A stretch of 64,000 nt of DNA from Candidatus Hikarchaeum yamanae (lineage in GTDB: Archaea; Halobacteriota; Halobacteria; Halobacteriales; Hikarchaeaceae). A model generated the notes under the pieces. The model was not told the origin of the DNA, ran no database searches, and saw only the letters and a program-made list of their open reading frames with translations. Where the stretch lies: contig WTZQ01000002.1 of NCBI GenBank assembly GCA_009889635.1, positions 167,729 through 231,728 of the forward strand. The letters are read 5' to 3'. The translations under genes and the position numbers were made by a program. This document shows positions 58,357 through 64,000 of this stretch, in pieces; within the stretch, counting starts at the first letter, position 1; every line of letters starts with the position of its first letter.

Positions 58357-58412
58357 TATCTCACCTTGAATTTCCTTTCATTCGAGTAATACCTTTTGCC
58401 ATCGGTAATCTA

Positions 58413-59894
58413 TTGGCCACCGTGGACTCTATCAATCCTCAGATCGAGGTATACACTGACAAACACGATTATCTATCCGTCGCAGCAACTTCGCCATCCA
58501 GATCTAGAATCCCTGTAGAAGTTCGAGTTGTTGTAGACGATCCGTTTAAAGCATATCTCAACTCTCGGGAAGGTTCCCAAAGTTTTTATCTAGAGACTAC
58601 TGGGGGGACACCTGGCTGGGGATATTTTGGCATCCGACCCAGTGCTTTCCTCGAGATCAATTCTAATTCCTCAACATCTTCATCTGCCCTATCTCAATTA
58701 TATGATTTTTTTTCCAAAGAACACCTAGTACGAAATGGGTGTGAAACCCCGTACCCTTGCGGAGTAGTTGGATGGCTATCTTATGAATTATCAAAAGAAA
58801 TAGAAAACATTCCGCCCCGCACTGATACTTTAAACCCCTTTCCTTTGCTTCAAGCTGGATTTTACGACTGCATAGTATCTTGGAAAGAACCCCGTGATGA
58901 AAAAACAACACTTAGAATTACTTCATGCCCTCTCGTAGAAATCCCCGAAGAAACTTTTGACACCACGTTAACAACAATACTAGATTTAGCTAGGTCTCTC
59001 CTAATTCCATCTCCCCCTTCAGACGATCTATCTGATGCCTCTCCGATCACTGATTTTAAGAGTGATTGCGGGCGTGAAATTTTTTGCGAACGTGTACGAG
59101 AAATCAAACACCATATACGGGAAGGTGACACTTTTCAAGTCAATACAGCACATAATCTAACTTTGGATTCTGATATGCCCCCTAGTCTCTTATTCAGTGC
59201 CCTTCGGCAGATAAATCCTGCTCCCTATTCTTCAATATTCGAATTCCCAAAAATCGATCTAATTGGAGTAAGTCCCGAGTTACTTTTTCGACTAGAGGAC
59301 GATTTAATCATAGCAGAACCAATCGCAGGAACTAGACCCAGGGGTGCCAATTCTTCCGACGATCTCGCACTCGAAAACGAGCTTACCAATAGTCCAAAAG
59401 AACGAGCAGAACATGCAATGCTCGTTGATTTGTGTCGGAATGATATTGGAAAAGTAGCCGAATATGGAACTGTCCATATCGACGAATATTGTAGGGTGGA
59501 TCGATACTCTGCAGTAATGCATCTAGTTTCCACAGTAACGGGAACTCTGCACCCTACTAAAAATATACTTGATATAATCAAAGCAATGTTCCCTGGCGGT
59601 ACTATCACTGGTGCCCCAAAACCCCGTACCATGGGGATAATAAATGAACTAGAAACTTCTTACAGAGGTCCTTATACCGGTAGTGCTGGGATCTTTGGTT
59701 TTGATAATCGGGCCACTTTAAATATAATCATTCGAACTTTCATCCATCAAAATGGAACTTATCTTCTTCCTGTTGGTTCTGGCATCGTACATGATTCTTC
59801 TCCCGAACTTGAATATGAGGAAACTCTTTCTAAGGCTAGAGCCCTAGTCCAAGCAATGAACCTAGCACTTTCAGATCCCTCTTCTCTGGAATGA
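58413..59894 (+). CDS. pabB: chorismate-utilising enzyme, aminodeoxychorismate synthase component I (PabB; TrpE not excluded)
   Basis: 493 aa. FPGGTITGAPK, GIYTG-like YRGPYTGSAG. No trp genes nearby, and its position relative to ftsZ1 is as in the Haloferax pab cluster. Confidence 0.7.
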   Translation: MATVDSINPQIEVYTDKHDYLSVAATSPSRSRIPVEVRVVVDDPFKAYLNSREGSQSFYLETTGGTPGWGYFGIRPSAFLEINSNSSTSSSALSQLYDFFSKEHLVRNGCETPYPCGVVGWLSYELSKEIENIPPRTDTLNPFPLLQAGFYDCIVSWKEPRDEKTTLRITSCPLVEIPEETFDTTLTTILDLARSLLIPSPPSDDLSDASPITDFKSDCGREIFCERVREIKHHIREGDTFQVNTAHNLTLDSDMPPSLLFSALRQINPAPYSSIFEFPKIDLIGVSPELLFRLEDDLIIAEPIAGTRPRGANSSDDLALENELTNSPKERAEHAMLVDLCRNDIGKVAEYGTVHIDEYCRVDRYSAVMHLVSTVTGTLHPTKNILDIIKAMFPGGTITGAPKPRTMGIINELETSYRGPYTGSAGIFGFDNRATLNIIIRTFIHQNGTYLLPVGSGIVHDSSPELEYEETLSKARALVQAMNLALSDPSSLE

Positions 59895-59921
59895 CTTAGA
59901 AATTACCAACCACCTATTACC

Positions 59922-60503
59922 ATGGATTCCCCTCACATTTTAATCATTGACAATTATGATTCATTTTCGTACAATCTAGTTCAGGGAATTGGAACTCTGG
60001 CAAATGTAGATATATACCGAAACGATGCTATAACTATCGATGAAATACAGAAGTTAGATCCCGATGGAATCATCATATCACCTGGCCCCGGATTCCCCCA
60101 CAATGCCGGTGTTTCTATGTCTATTTTTTCGGAGTTAAATTACCCCACTCTTGGAGTTTGTTTAGGCCATCAGGCCCTGTGCGCCGCAAATGGAGTATCC
60201 ATTATTCACGCACCATCCGTTGTACATGGAAAAATTTCACATGTAACTCATGATGGATCTGGTGTTTTATCAGACCTTCCCAATCCCTTTGTCGCCGGAC
60301 GTTATCATTCGTTAATAGCTGAAGAAAACAGCATGCCCGATTTCCTCATCCCAACCGCCCGGACCCTCGGTGAATTCCCCCTCCTTATGGGGGTTCGTCA
60401 CACGAAAAAGCCCCATGAGGGTGTTCAATTCCACCCCGAAAGCTTTCTGACACCATTGGGGGCTAAAATATTAGAGAATTTTTGCACCCAATGCATTAAA
60501 TAA
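59922..60503 (+). CDS. pabA: glutamine amidotransferase component II (PabA/TrpG)
   Basis: 193 aa. GVCLGHQ, GVQFHPES. Confidence 0.8.
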   Translation: MDSPHILIIDNYDSFSYNLVQGIGTLANVDIYRNDAITIDEIQKLDPDGIIISPGPGFPHNAGVSMSIFSELNYPTLGVCLGHQALCAANGVSIIHAPSVVHGKISHVTHDGSGVLSDLPNPFVAGRYHSLIAEENSMPDFLIPTARTLGEFPLLMGVRHTKKPHEGVQFHPESFLTPLGAKILENFCTQCIK

Positions 60504-60552
60504 GGCGTTCATTTAATCACCATTTAAGCTTTAGCAGCTTCATTTCTTTAGT

Positions 60553-61761
60553 ATGAGTGCAAATGACATAATAAAACGTGTCCAAAAAGGAGAAATTAAA
60601 CTCCACGAGCTTGAGGAACACGTAGATTCCGATATGGCAGCTAATGTCCGTCGGCAGATAATAGAGTCCGAATTAAATGTCAAACTCTCTTCTATTGGAA
60701 ATTACACTTTCGACGCAAAATTAGCCTCTACTAATATCGAGAACATGATCGGATCTGTACAAATACCTATGGGGATAGCCGGCCCAATCACTGTATTTGG
60801 ATCTGCAACAGAAGGATCCTTTTACCTCCCTTTAGCAACCACTGAAGGGGCCTTAGTCGCTAGCGTAAACCGTGGGTGCTCTGCCATTCGACACGCGGGC
60901 GGGGCCATATCCCGAGTATTCAACAATGCAATGACACGAGCCCCTGTGTTTAAAGTTGCTAATGTCTCTGAATCTCTAGATTTCATAAATTGGATTTCTA
61001 CTAATTATTCAGAAATAGAAGAAATAGCCAATTCTACCACCAACCATGGGGAATTGACAGGGATCAAACCCTATGTAGTTGGGAATTCTATTTTCCTACG
61101 ATTTTCATACGATACAAAAGACGCAATGGGGATGAACATGGTCACAATTTCCACCAAAAAAGTATCTGAATTCCTAGAACAACAAACTCCCGCGAAACTC
61201 ATTTCCCTTTCTGGAAATCTCTGTTCTGATAAAAAACCAGCCGCAATTAACGCAATTGAGGGTCGTGGCAGAACCGTTTCAGCTGATGTTCTAATCCCCC
61301 GGAAAATAGTAGAAGAAAAACTCCACACAACTCCCGAAGCCATTGTGGAAATCAATACGCAAAAAAATCACATTGGTAGCGCTAGGGCGGTTAGCCTGGG
61401 CCACAATGCCCAAGCGGCAAATATTATTGCAGCAATTTTCTTAGCAACGGGCCAAGATGCAGCACAAGTCGTAGAAGGAGCAAACGTCATCACAACCGCT
61501 GACGTCCGAGACGGGGGCCTATACCTGAGTGTCACACTCCTGAGCCTTGAAATAGGAACTATTGGAGGGGGGACTCATCTACCCTCTCAGTCCGAGGCCC
61601 TTGATATCTTAGGCGTCCGTGGCGGGGGGACTCCTCCCGGATCCAATGCAGATGCATTTGCAGAAATAATATCATCCGGCGTCCTTGCAGGGGAACTGTC
61701 ATTACTTTCTGCACTGGGTTCTCGAGATCTCTCAAGTGCCCACGAACGACTCGGAAGATAA
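60553..61761 (+). CDS. hmgA: hydroxymethylglutaryl-CoA reductase, class I
   Basis: 402 aa. EGALVAS, TKDAMGMNMV, GGGT and the C-terminal SAHERLGR region. Confidence 0.9.
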   Translation: MSANDIIKRVQKGEIKLHELEEHVDSDMAANVRRQIIESELNVKLSSIGNYTFDAKLASTNIENMIGSVQIPMGIAGPITVFGSATEGSFYLPLATTEGALVASVNRGCSAIRHAGGAISRVFNNAMTRAPVFKVANVSESLDFINWISTNYSEIEEIANSTTNHGELTGIKPYVVGNSIFLRFSYDTKDAMGMNMVTISTKKVSEFLEQQTPAKLISLSGNLCSDKKPAAINAIEGRGRTVSADVLIPRKIVEEKLHTTPEAIVEINTQKNHIGSARAVSLGHNAQAANIIAAIFLATGQDAAQVVEGANVITTADVRDGGLYLSVTLLSLEIGTIGGGTHLPSQSEALDILGVRGGGTPPGSNADAFAEIISSGVLAGELSLLSALGSRDLSSAHERLGR

Positions 61762-61775
61762 CTATTCTCCTTGCT

Positions 61776-61985
61776 TTAAGTTTCTTTATTTTCGCTCGTT
61801 CCTATTCTCTCTGACAACAACTGAGTCCGTACTACACGAGCAACCTCTATGTCTTCTTCTTCTGCGAATTTCCTAAGTTCCCTAAAATTATGTCTTTTGC
61901 TACACCTGGGGCATTTAACAGTCTTCGGCCGCATCCCAACTATCCATATTGTCTGACATCTGTCACACCCAACCACGGAATACAT
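61776..61985 (-). CDS. small zinc-ribbon protein (CxxC...CPxC)
   Basis: 69 aa. GCDRCQTIW...KCPRCSKRH followed by an acidic tail. Divergent from cdc48 with a 65-nt spacer. Confidence 0.6.
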   Translation of the reverse strand: MYSVVGCDRCQTIWIVGMRPKTVKCPRCSKRHNFRELRKFAEEEDIEVARVVRTQLLSERIGTSENKET

Positions 61986-62045
61986 ACTGGTTTTCTTACT
62001 TTTTTCAATAGATAAAGCATATGTTCTATGACCTCTATGTGCTAA

Positions 62046-64000
<1,955 letters not shown>

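Overview
This window is a dense (roughly 95% coding) core-chromosome segment of a euryarchaeon. Gene content and gene order are Halobacteria-type, and GC is moderate (about 45% by eye). All calls rest on motif recognition by eye, with no database search.

I support 63 protein genes, one tRNA-Leu(CAA), three oligo-T or hairpin terminator candidates and two small repeats.

- **Missing from the ORF track:** three real genes are absent. alaS (1-707, minus) and cdc48 (62051-64000, plus) are truncated at the window edges. secE (53499-53666, minus) is only 55 aa.
- **Housekeeping content:**
  - Replication, division and translation: RFC with a SAMP2-like ubiquitin-like protein; the ValRS, ProRS and AlaRS synthetases; FtsZ-SecE-Spt5.
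  - Amino-acid and nucleotide metabolism: a translationally coupled dapA-dapB-dapD-lysA-dapF-dapE lysine operon; purB and purH; gltB.
  - Folate and aromatic precursors: a FolC-FolP fusion; aroE-pabB-pabA.
  - Lipid and isoprenoid genes: hmgA; G1P dehydrogenase.
  - RNA processing and DNA repair: aCPSF1; NreA.
- **Absent:** I saw no transposase, integrase, CRISPR array, rRNA, intein or large non-coding gap. The longest intergenic spacer is about 160 nt.

The items most worth a second look are:
1. An orphan fused E1-like/YcaO cyclodehydratase-type gene behind a winged-helix gene (9063-11658). It has no dehydrogenase and no visible precursor peptide.
2. A window-wide excess of C over G on the top strand that holds regardless of gene orientation. 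It visibly changes the amino-acid composition of plus-strand versus minus-strand encoded proteins.
3. A tight glycosyltransferase / unknown / CoA-type Nudix operon. It lies just downstream of a membrane-anchored DHH phosphoesterase, an AP-superfamily phosphodiesterase and an inorganic pyrophosphatase (43810-49182).
4. An orphan beta-class DNA methyltransferase next to the tRNA.

I could not identify a clearly new multi-gene system with confidence, so the interest scores are deliberately moderate.
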